From the NCBI GenBank assembly GCA_026625185.1, contig CP113000.1, positions 390,001 to 422,000 of the forward strand: a stretch of DNA of 32,000 nucleotides. The letters are read 5' to 3'. The notes under the pieces were generated by a model. It searched no databases. It saw only the letters and a list, made by a program, of their open reading frames with translations, and had not been told where the DNA came from. Within the stretch, counting starts at the first letter, position 1. The number at the start of each line of letters is the position of its first letter. This DNA comes from Thermodesulfobacteriota bacterium. GTDB taxonomy: Bacteria; Desulfobacterota; WTBG01; JAGOGO01. The position numbers and the translations under genes were made by a program. Below, one piece after another: positions 24,295 to 32,000 of the stretch.

Positions 24295-24586
24295 CCTCTC
24301 TGAGAATATGTGGACCGATGTATGGACTGAGAGCCTCTAACGTAATCAATTCGACTTTGCGCCCTAGGAGTTCTTCAAGTAGAAATGCGACTTCCATAAA
24401 ATTGTCGAAGGTGTGCTTTTCAGGCATGAATTCCACCAGAACATCAATGTCACTCAAGGGCGTCTGGTCACCTCGAACAAATGAACCGAACAATCCAATA
24501 TTTTTAACACCATAGAATGCAAGTTGTTTTTGGTTCTCTAAAATGCGCTGAAATATTAACTCTTTAGTGTTAGTTTTTTTGACCAT
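24269..24586 (-). CDS. mntA: MNT-type nucleotidyltransferase antitoxin
   Basis: 105-aa ORF with GLFGSFVRGDQTPLSDIDVLVEF (the GSxxRG...DxD polymerase-beta-fold NTase motif). Confidence 0.9.
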   Translation of the reverse strand: MVKKTNTKELIFQRILENQKQLAFYGVKNIGLFGSFVRGDQTPLSDIDVLVEFMPEKHTFDNFMEVAFLLEELLGRKVELITLEALSPYIGPHILREVERVPIAA

Positions 24587-24775
24587 GGGTTATCCTCCGC
24601 AATCTCTTTAATAAAACCAGAATACAATAAAATTCAGGAGGATGCAATGGGATCTTGTCTTTAATTAATATGTATTGCCAACATTACATTTTAACTAACT
24701 TTAGGCTAAAATGTTTTTTTTTGGAAAAATATTATTATAGAATCGCAGCATTACTCAATATGCTATGTGCCTTTT

Positions 24776-25603
24776 TTATATGTTAAATTCCTTGCCATCC
24801 GCTACTACCCTTACATTTGCAAAATGATCAAGAAACTGGAGAGGGTGGAAGCTATGAATAGGAATTGTCATTTTGGGCGACAATTTATTCACGAATTCCT
24901 TTAAATCACTGAGGAGAGCATGACCGCTGGTATGCAGATACTCGTAACGTACTCCTTGCTCCTGGAGAAAAGATTTCAATTTCCGTAATGATTGACTACG
25001 TTCAAAGTATCCGGGCCACATGGAATAGATCCATGTTGCTCGGCTTAAATCAATAAAACGTTTGAGCTCCGGCATGAATCCGGGACGAACAAGCATTGCT
25101 ACCTTATCCCTTTTTTCATTGATACGTGTCCATTTTATCCTGTTTTTGCGGTGATGGGTGAGGACATCATCCCAGCCTTGTTTTTCAAACTGATGAGCCA
25201 AAAGTTGTGGATAGCATACCCTTATTCTTGGCCAGGTAACGTTGGGCAACCTACCGTATTCTTTTAGTATCTCTAATATTTCTGCTGTGTAAAAATCAAT
25301 GATGAACATACGGTCACAACGTTTGGCGGCTTTAAAAATAGTTACTAAACGATCGATGTTCTGACTGGAAGTTGTCACCAAAACAATTCCCTGAGTCTTC
25401 TCTATAATTTTTGCGAATTTATCTTCAAGCTCGGATTCACTGGGCTGCATTTCGTCACTTCGGTTGCCAATAAGTGTACCTTCCATGAGTAGGGCATCAA
25501 CATGAGGAAGCGACTCGGGGAGTTGAGAAAGCAGTTTTGATTTACGCCCGTGCCCGCGGAAGTCACCGGTATAAAATATGTTTTTTCCACCAGCCTTTAA
25601 CAG
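24776..25603 (-). pseudogene. MBL-fold metallo-hydrolase, 5'-truncated (HxHxDH region missing)
   Basis: The in-frame open region starts LLKAGGKNIFYTGDFRGHGRKSKLLSQLPESLPHVDALLMEGTLIG and continues to YEYLHTSGHALLSDLKEFVNKLSPKMTIPIHS. A stop lies at 25604-25606 and there is no upstream metal-binding motif. Confidence 0.7.
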
Positions 25604-25753
25604 TTATGAGGGGGATGGAGTGAAACCACTTAAAAATACTGGATTACTTTTTGAAAATTCTCAAAACGCGGTGTCACATATTATACTGTTTTTTCTTTAC
25701 CGTTAAGAAAATATTCTTTATAATCGGGGTGTCCTTTAACGAGCCGAGGCCCA

Positions 25754-26392
25754 ATGTTTGCACGAGTTAAGAAGTCAGGGAAGCACCAATACCTTCACAT
25801 TGTAGAAAATCGCCGGGAAGGAAAGAAAACTGTTCAGCGAGTCGTTTCAACCCTTGGCCGCATGGATCAGCTTACCGCCAAAGGGGAGATAGAAGTCCTG
25901 GTACGATCCTTAGCGCGGTTTTCGGAGAAAGCGCTTCTGGTTCTTTCGGGGAAAAGCGAGGTAAATGTTCAAACAAAAAAAATCGGTCCGGCCCTGATCT
26001 TTGACCGACTCTGGAAGGAACTGGGTATTGATAAGGTCATCCGCTCGCTTGTTTCCGAGCGGAAGTTTGAGTTTAACGTGGAGAGGGCCATCTTTTTAAC
26101 GGTGTTTCACCGGCTGTTTCCTTCTGGTTCGAACCGGTTCTGTGACCAGTGGCGCCGGGAGTATGTCATTAGTTGGGTAAAGGATCTTTTACTGCACCGT
26201 CTTTATCGGGCGATGGCCTTTCTGGGAGAGGAGATTGAAGACCAGAGGGATAAAACCCCTTTTGCCCCTCGATGTATCAAAAACATAGTAGAAGAGGGGA
26301 TGTTTCGGATTCGTCGTGATTTATTCACCGGGCTTGATCTGGTCTTTTTTGATACCACCTCCATCTACTTATCTGGATGTCAAAAGAAATAA
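25754..26392 (+). pseudogene. IS1634-family (IS4-like) transposase, N-terminal ~210 aa only
   Basis: MFARVKKSGKHQYLHIVENRREGKKTVQRVVSTLGRMDQL is the family N-terminus. The sequence reaches the first DDE Asp (LVFFDTTSIY), then similarity stops and the ORF ends. Full-length proteins are roughly twice as long. Confidence 0.75.
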
Positions 26393-26405
26393 CGGGTGAG
26401 ATTAA

Positions 26406-28154
26406 ATGAAAACTTTAATGCTTGGTAATGAGGCGGTTGCACGGGGGGCATATGAAGCCGGTGTTACAGTTGCTACTGCATATCCCGGCACTCCCAGCAC
26501 CGAGATAACTGAGAATATTGCAAAATATGATGAAATATACTGTGAATGGTCTCCAAATGAAAAAGTTGCCCTTGAGGTTGCTCTTGGTGCATCGATAGCA
26601 GGAGCAAGGTCTATTTGTTCAATGAAGCATGTAGGCTTGAATGTTGCCGCTGATCCGCTTTTTACGAGTTCATATACAGGAATAAACGGCGGTCTTGTTG
26701 TTGTTGTGGGGGATGACTCAGGTATGCACAGTTCTCAGAATGAACAGGACAGCAGGTTCTATGCCAGGGCGTCAAACGTGCCCATGCTTGAACCCTCTGA
26801 TAGCAGGGAATGCAAAGAATTTATTATAAAGGCTTTTGAGATAAGTGAAAAATATGATTCCCCTGTACTTGTGAGGTTGTCCACTAGAATATCGCATTCC
26901 CGGAGCATAGTAGATAAAGGTGGAAGATGCGATTATAATTTAAAGAAATATAAGAAGGATTTCAATAAATACGTTATGCTGCCTGCAATGGCAAGGAAGA
27001 GGCATGTTGAAGTCGAGAAAAGAATGGTTCAACTGAGAGAATATTCAAACAGCATTGAAATAAATAAAGTTGAATGGGGTAGTAAGGACATTGGCGTTGT
27101 AACAAGCGGCATAGCATACCAGTATGCAAGAGAAGCATTCGGTGACGTTTCATATTTAAAGCTGGGTATGGTCTATCCTTTGCCAGAGAAACTTATCAGG
27201 GATTTTGCCAAAGAAGTAGGAAAATTATATATTGTAGAAGAACTAGAGCCTTTTCTGGAGGATTATATAAGGAGTTTCGGAGTTCATGCGATTGGAAAGG
27301 AATTACTTCCTGTTCTTGGAGAGTTAAGTGCTTCAATTATCAAAGAGAAGGTTTTGAATATTAGAACCGGCCCAAATAAATCAATCAATGGGGAAGTTCC
27401 GGTCAGACCACCCGTTATGTGCCCTGGCTGCCCGCACCGGGGAGTTTTCTATGTATTAAAGAAGTTGAAACTGACTGTGAGTGGGGATATAGGTTGTTAC
27501 ACGCTTGGTGCGCTGCCGCCCAATGAATCCATCGATACGTGCATATGCATGGGGTCGAGCGTAAGTGTTGCCCATGGCATGGAAAAAGCCAGGGGAAGGA
27601 AATTCGGGAAGAAAACCGTAGGAATAGTCGGAGATTCTACCTTCATACATTCTGGAATAACCGGGTTGATTGACATAGCCTATAATAAAGGGAATTCAAC
27701 CATCATTATACTCGATAACTTCACTACCGGGATGACCGGGCACCAGCATAATCCGGCAACAGGATATACAATAAAAAATGAACCGACAAGGAAGGTTGAC
27801 CTTGTCAAACTGGCGAATGCCGTTGGTATTGACAGGGTAAGGATTGTTGATCCATTTGATTTAAAGAAACTGGAAGAGGTTGTAAAAGAAGAAACTTCCG
27901 TTGATGCGTCTTCGGTTATTATTGCCCGGAGACCCTGCGCAATGCTCAAGCCTGTCAGCTTTGATGGTCCCATAAGAATTATTTTTGACAAATGCAAAAA
28001 TTGCAACAAACTTTGTCTGTCTGTCGGCTGCCCGGCAATTACCGATATGGGTGAATACCTGGAAATAAACGAGGAAATATGTGTAGGGTGCGGACTGTGT
28101 GCAAAAGTCTGCAACAATGACGCCATAGAGAAAGCTGGTAGGGATAATGCATAA
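26406..28154 (+). CDS. iorA: Indolepyruvate:ferredoxin oxidoreductase alpha subunit
   Basis: 582 aa. MLGNEAVARGAYEAGVTVATAYPGTPSTEI; TPP region GDSTFIHSG; C-terminal 2x[4Fe-4S] motifs CKNCNKLCLSVGCP and CVGCGLCAKVCNNDAI. Confidence 0.9.
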   Translation: MKTLMLGNEAVARGAYEAGVTVATAYPGTPSTEITENIAKYDEIYCEWSPNEKVALEVALGASIAGARSICSMKHVGLNVAADPLFTSSYTGINGGLVVVVGDDSGMHSSQNEQDSRFYARASNVPMLEPSDSRECKEFIIKAFEISEKYDSPVLVRLSTRISHSRSIVDKGGRCDYNLKKYKKDFNKYVMLPAMARKRHVEVEKRMVQLREYSNSIEINKVEWGSKDIGVVTSGIAYQYAREAFGDVSYLKLGMVYPLPEKLIRDFAKEVGKLYIVEELEPFLEDYIRSFGVHAIGKELLPVLGELSASIIKEKVLNIRTGPNKSINGEVPVRPPVMCPGCPHRGVFYVLKKLKLTVSGDIGCYTLGALPPNESIDTCICMGSSVSVAHGMEKARGRKFGKKTVGIVGDSTFIHSGITGLIDIAYNKGNSTIIILDNFTTGMTGHQHNPATGYTIKNEPTRKVDLVKLANAVGIDRVRIVDPFDLKKLEEVVKEETSVDASSVIIARRPCAMLKPVSFDGPIRIIFDKCKNCNKLCLSVGCPAITDMGEYLEINEEICVGCGLCAKVCNNDAIEKAGRDNA

Positions 28155-28722
28155 GTTGAATATATTGATTGTAGGGGTTGGCGGACAAGGGACTTTACTG
28201 GCCAGCAGGATTATAGGCAATGTAGCTTTAAAAAAGAACTATGCCGTTAAGGTTTCAGAGGTACACGGTATGTCCCAGAGAGGGGGAAGTGTTGTTGTCC
28301 ATGTGAAAATAGGACAAAAAGTTTGTTCGCCATTGGTTGAAAAAGGTGAGGCCGATGTAATACTGGCATTTGAACAACTGGAAGCTTGGAGATGGCTTGA
28401 GTATCTCAAACAAGGCGGAAAAATTATAATAAATGAACAAAAAATCAATCCAATGCCTGTGATAATAGGAAAAGCTAAGTATCCGGACGGGATTATTGAT
28501 AGAATAAAAGAGACTTATGGCAATGTGGTTTCAGCCAATGCGCTGCAAATAGCCATGGAAAGCGGAAGTATAAAGGCGGTGAATCTGGTTTTGCTTGGTA
28601 TAATGGCTAAGTCAATCAGCATTGAGAAGGAATTATGGCTGGATACAATTAAGGAAACTGTTCTTCAAAAATTCCTTGGGGTTAACATAAAGGCTTTTGA
28701 GGCAGGTTATTCAATTAGGTAG
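28147..28722 (+). CDS. iorB: Indolepyruvate:ferredoxin oxidoreductase beta subunit
   Basis: 191 aa, with NILIVGVGGQGTLLASRIIG and EVHGMSQRGGSV. 8-nt overlap with iorA. Confidence 0.9.
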   Translation: MHKLNILIVGVGGQGTLLASRIIGNVALKKNYAVKVSEVHGMSQRGGSVVVHVKIGQKVCSPLVEKGEADVILAFEQLEAWRWLEYLKQGGKIIINEQKINPMPVIIGKAKYPDGIIDRIKETYGNVVSANALQIAMESGSIKAVNLVLLGIMAKSISIEKELWLDTIKETVLQKFLGVNIKAFEAGYSIR

Positions 28723-28815
28723 AATGAGTTCGGAAACAAATTTCCAGCAGGCAAGATGTAAAATTGTTGGATCTCTGTATTTGGTTTTAGAACATAAACA
28801 GGTGGATTAACTAAC

Positions 28816-30009
28816 ATGCACAAAAGAATCGCCTTAATGAAAAAGGTTGCCTCTTACGAAGTCCCCAAACAGTTCAAGGCCAGGGGTATTTACCCGTTTT
28901 TCAGGGAAATTTCTTCTCCTCAGGCACCTCTTGTTACATTGAACGGAAAAGAGGTGGTTATGTTTGGTTCGAACAATTATCTCGGGCTTACCATGCACCC
29001 CGAGGTAAAAAAAGCATCTATTGAAGCAGTTGAACGGTACGGTACTGGATGCGCTGGTTCCAGGTTCTTGAATGGCAACCTTGACATTCACAGGAAACTT
29101 GAAGAAGAGCTGGCGGAGTTGGTCGGAAAAGAAAGCGCCCTTGTTTTCTCAACCGGTTTTCAGACGAACCTCGGAATAATATCATCCCTTGTAAGCAGGG
29201 AAGAATATGTTGTTACTGATAGCCTTGATCATGCCAGTATTATCGACGGAGCAAGACTGAGCTTTGGCAAAAAAGTCAACTTTAAACACAATGATATGGT
29301 CGATCTCGCAAGGTGCCTTGGAAATCTACCCCCCGGGAAAGGAACACTTATCGTTGTCGATGGTATTTTCAGTATGGAAGGTGATATAGCGAAACTTCCA
29401 GAAATCGCGGCCTTGTCCACGAAATTTGGGGCTGCGCTGATGGTTGATGATTCGCACGGCATCGGTGTGCTGGGCAAAAATGGCGCCGGTACTTCAGATT
29501 ACTTCGGCCTTACTGAAAATGTCCATATTATTATGGGGACTTTCAGCAAATCCCTTGCTGCGATAGGGGGATTTGTGGCTGCCGACGCAGACACAATTGA
29601 ATACCTCAAACATTTTTCGAGGCCCCTGATTTTTAGTGCAAGTATGCCACCGGCTAATGTTGCGGCGGTGAGAGCAGCCCTGCGAATTATTAAGCAAGAG
29701 CCAGAACGGATTGGGCGTCTATGGGCAAATACGGAAAAGATGAAACAGGGGCTTGAGCAACTTTGATTTAACACCGGAAAATCTGAAACCCCCATTATTC
29801 CGCTGAAGACAGGTGATATGCTCAACACCTTTAATGTTGTCGTTAAGTTGCAAGATGAGGGTATTTTTGTGAATCCGGTCGTGACCCCCGCAGTACCTGA
29901 GGGAGATTGTCTCATAAGGATAAGCTTAATGGCGACTCATACCTTTGAACATATCGACTTTGCATTGACCAAAACTAAAAAAGTTGCATTGGAACTTGGG
30001 ATTTTATAA
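28816..30009 (+). pseudogene. Alpha-oxoamine synthase of the serine-palmitoyltransferase/KBL/BioF family, with an in-frame TGA at 29764-29766
   Basis: YPFFREISS...[15 protein letters not shown]...[18 protein letters not shown]...[10 protein letters not shown]...DSHG...[12 protein letters not shown] (PLP lysine). The same frame continues after the TGA as FNTGKSETPIIPLKTGD...VNPVVTPAVPEGDCLIRISLMATHT. Confidence 0.85.
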
Positions 30010-30015
30010 AGAAGA

Positions 30016-30942
30016 GTGCCTTTGAAAATTGTTGAAGTCCACCCATCCTCAAAAAAAAATTTCTCACGATTTGTAAAATTCCAATTAAATGCAACCGACA
30101 AAATAACTATACTCTATAACTTCATTCTTGTTATTTTCATTATTATTTTCAGAGTAAAGATCCCGCCATACCCTTGCCATCTCGCTTTTAACCTCTCTGT
30201 TATCTTTTTAGTCCTTTTATTAAGCTTTATGAGGAGGAGAAATTCGACGGTTTTCATTGTGAGCCTGTGGTATCCATTAATACTTTATACTCCAGTTTAC
30301 TTTCAGACCGGACTGATCAACAGGGTTGTCATACCCCAGTTCCTTGATGGCTTTTTTATGAATCTGGACGTCCAAATCTTCGGCCAATTTCCCGGCTTAT
30401 TCCTCAGCGGGAAACACGGCAATGCCTTCCTCGACGAGTTTTTTCATTTTTCTTACCTTAATTATTTTCTGATAATTCCCCTGACTGGCATTTTGCTCTA
30501 CCGCAAGGAGGTAAAACTGTTCGAGAGCTTCTTTTTCCAGCTTTCCTCCCTGTTCTACTTGTGTTATTTTATTTACATATTCCTGCCGGTTGAGGGACCG
30601 ATCACTTTGCGAAATGAATATTTTCATCACGATGGTTTTTTTCGGGCAATAGCGGATTTTATTTACGCCAAGGGAGAAAATCCTGGCGCAGCTTTTCCAA
30701 GTTCCCACGTTGCAGCTATGTTGCTTACAGCGTGGTGGGGGTGTAAACATTTTGAAAGGATGAAAGCGTTTTACTGGTTGACTTTTCTCTTACTGTCTAT
30801 TGCCACCGTCTACTGCATGTTTCATTACGCGGTCGATGTTATTGGGGGGTTGCTCCTTGGGGTTCTCGCAATATTTGCGTTTAACTGGGTAGACAGAAAA
30901 CGCAATTATGAGAAAACCCTCCAAGGAAAGTGTAAGGAGTAG
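30016..30942 (+). CDS. Polytopic membrane protein of the PAP2 superfamily (PAP2_3 / inositol-phosphorylceramide-synthase-like)
   Basis: 308 aa (GTG start) with multiple TM segments. PAP2 C2/C3-type motifs: AAFPSSHVAAMLL and MFHYAVDVIGGLLLG. Confidence 0.65.
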   Translation: MPLKIVEVHPSSKKNFSRFVKFQLNATDKITILYNFILVIFIIIFRVKIPPYPCHLAFNLSVIFLVLLLSFMRRRNSTVFIVSLWYPLILYTPVYFQTGLINRVVIPQFLDGFFMNLDVQIFGQFPGLFLSGKHGNAFLDEFFHFSYLNYFLIIPLTGILLYRKEVKLFESFFFQLSSLFYLCYFIYIFLPVEGPITLRNEYFHHDGFFRAIADFIYAKGENPGAAFPSSHVAAMLLTAWWGCKHFERMKAFYWLTFLLLSIATVYCMFHYAVDVIGGLLLGVLAIFAFNWVDRKRNYEKTLQGKCKE

Positions 30943-31003
30943 AGGTATTTTTTTTGAGTGGATATATGTGGTTTCCATTTGCAAGCTCTTTTACTGGTGA
31001 TAT

Positions 31004-32000
31004 CTATTGCTTTCCCATTGGGTTGGAAGTCCCTGCAAATGGTTGTGGATTCTTCAGGCCTTTGAAATAACGTTTACGGGTAGATAGATTGAGCCCGGCG
31101 TACACCTGGCAACCGAACAGAGTTCGTTTCCATGGGCTCATGCCAAAAAATCGTTTTGTCATTGCGCGGAAAGAATAGGCTTGTCTGTTCAAGCGGGCGA
31201 AACCGCTAATAAGCTCGTCAGCAGTCATGCCCGTGGGTTGAAAAAGGAGTGTATCCGGAGGATATCCACGGAGCCACCAGTCACTCACGAACAACCTGCC
31301 TTCGCTTAAGAGACGCTTGTATAAACGTGTTCCCGGATAAGGCGTGAGAATCCTTAGCTGCGCACAATCCATATGGCTCTTCATTATAAACTCAAGGGTC
31401 TGTTCAAACACATCCTTGTTTTCGTAATCAAAGCCAAAAACAAAGCAGCCCAGTATACCGAAACCTTCGCCATGGAATCGATGCATAGCCTCATAAAAAT
31501 CGATGCTCAGGTTCTTTATTTTATGCACTTCATTCTGTGTGTCTTTTTGCACCGATTCGAATCCAATCAAAAGCCCCAGGCAGCCCGCGCGTTTCATTAA
31601 ACCCAGTAGTTCCAAATCCTCAGCTAATGACACTGTGCCTTGCGCCAGCCACTGCCGCCTTAGAGGCATCATTTCCGTAAAGAGTTTTTTAGCTGCATTC
31701 CGGTTCAGTCCAAGGGCATCATCGACGAAGAAGAGGTGAGGGGAATCAACAGACTCTATCTCGGCAATAACCTCCTGAACCGGTCGGACTCGATATTGAG
31801 ACCCCAAGGTCTGGCCAATGCAACAGAATTCGCAATCGTACGGACATCCGCGGGATGTCTCGACACCGACCGGGATTGGAATATAACAACTATTTTTTGT
31901 TCCGGAGAAGAGATCTCGCTGTGGTTTGGGCAGACCATGGAGATCTGTCATTTTAACGGCCCGATATATTCTTTGCATCTGTCCCGAGGCGGCATCCGAT
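31004..32000 (-). CDS. B12-binding-domain-type radical SAM enzyme, 5' partial (continues beyond the right edge)
   Basis: ETSRGCPYDCEFC is the CxxxCxxC cluster. The LPKPQRDLF linker is typical of class B rSAM enzymes. The frame stays open upstream of the track ATG through position 32000. Confidence 0.85.
   Translation of the reverse strand, partial: SDAASGQMQRIYRAVKMTDLHGLPKPQRDLFSGTKNSCYIPIPVGVETSRGCPYDCEFCCIGQTLGSQYRVRPVQEVIAEIESVDSPHLFFVDDALGLNRNAAKKLFTEMMPLRRQWLAQGTVSLAEDLELLGLMKRAGCLGLLIGFESVQKDTQNEVHKIKNLSIDFYEAMHRFHGEGFGILGCFVFGFDYENKDVFEQTLEFIMKSHMDCAQLRILTPYPGTRLYKRLLSEGRLFVSDWWLRGYPPDTLLFQPTGMTADELISGFARLNRQAYSFRAMTKRFFGMSPWKRTLFGCQVYAGLNLSTRKRYFKGLKNPQPFAGTSNPMGKQ

Larger units (their letters stand above)
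14327..24586. mobile_element. Putative integrated mobile element or genomic island (right boundary uncertain)
   Basis: The tRNA 3' fragment and arm/iteron-like repeats mark the left end. Contents are XRE, Rep-like, RuvC-like, IS30, serine recombinase, Cas4-like nuclease, DUF932, clamp and TA genes. It looks AT-richer by eye than 1.3-9.5 kb. No intact tRNA-Arg or tyrosine integrase is present in the window. Confidence 0.45.

Noticed and set aside
25642-25660. A 15-nt identity (attactttttgaaaa) between the region upstream of the IS1634 transposase and the minus strand of repeat copy 2, suggesting the 58-bp repeats are IS1634 ends.
   Set aside because: The match is short and AT-rich, and similarity stops immediately on both sides. 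A chance match of this length is plausible in 64 kb of two-strand sequence. It needs a genome-wide check before any link is claimed.
29764-29766. TGA read as glycine (genetic code 25, as in Gracilibacteria/SR1), because the TGA sits exactly at a conserved Gly and no gene from 26.4 to 32 kb ends in TGA.
   Set aside because: It is the only in-frame TGA in ~5.5 kb of coding sequence. iorA alone has dozens of Gly codons and none is TGA. TGA clearly terminates genes elsewhere in the window (the ABC gene, the discoidin gene, mntA, hepT). Five stop codons are too few to infer a code. A point mutation or error is simpler.
29764-29766. TGA as selenocysteine.
   Set aside because: The aligned position is a structural Gly in a loop, not a redox Cys/Sec site. 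I could not identify a convincing bacterial SECIS-type hairpin immediately downstream by eye.

Overview
The window is a mosaic with no rRNA, no intact tRNA and no CRISPR array. (1) 1.3-9.5 kb is a three-gene, translationally coupled operon that looks GC-richer by eye. It encodes a 1126-aa GH94-like glycan phosphorylase/synthase, an ABCD/SbmA-BacA-type half transporter in which every ATPase motif is degenerate, and a 1031-aa protein with CBM-like, F5/8-type-C and (alpha/alpha)6 glycosidase-like domains. (2) 10.1-14.3 kb is a decay zone: an IS256-family transposase remnant, a truncated and frameshifted histidine-kinase remnant, an intact mlaA, a cation/proton antiporter fragment and a PEP-CTERM protein with no signal peptide. 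(3) 14.3-24.6 kb is an AT-richer integrated mobile element. It starts at a 42-nt tRNA-Arg(ACG) 3' fragment followed by iteron-like repeats. It carries a minus-strand module (XRE HTH, wHTH Rep-like protein, two tandem RuvC-like genes, DUF5678, retropepsin-like protease), an IS30 copy, a large serine recombinase pseudogene, a Cas4-like nuclease, a DUF932 protein, an element-encoded beta clamp split exactly at an A_AAA_AAG heptamer, and an MNT/HepT toxin-antitoxin pair. (4) 24.8-26.4 kb holds a 5'-truncated MBL-fold hydrolase abutting a truncated IS1634-family transposase. (5) 26.4-32 kb holds iorAB, a serine-palmitoyltransferase-like alpha-oxoamine synthase with an in-frame TGA at a conserved Gly, a PAP2/IPC-synthase-like membrane protein and a partial B12-type radical SAM gene. 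About ten genes are disrupted, three of them by a single in-frame stop codon. The strongest candidates for new biology are the split clamp (possible -1 frameshift), the small RuvC-pair element, the ATPase-dead ABC protein in the glycan operon and the sphingolipid-like gene pair. Taxon cannot be assigned from sequence alone; MlaA and PEP-CTERM indicate a diderm bacterium.
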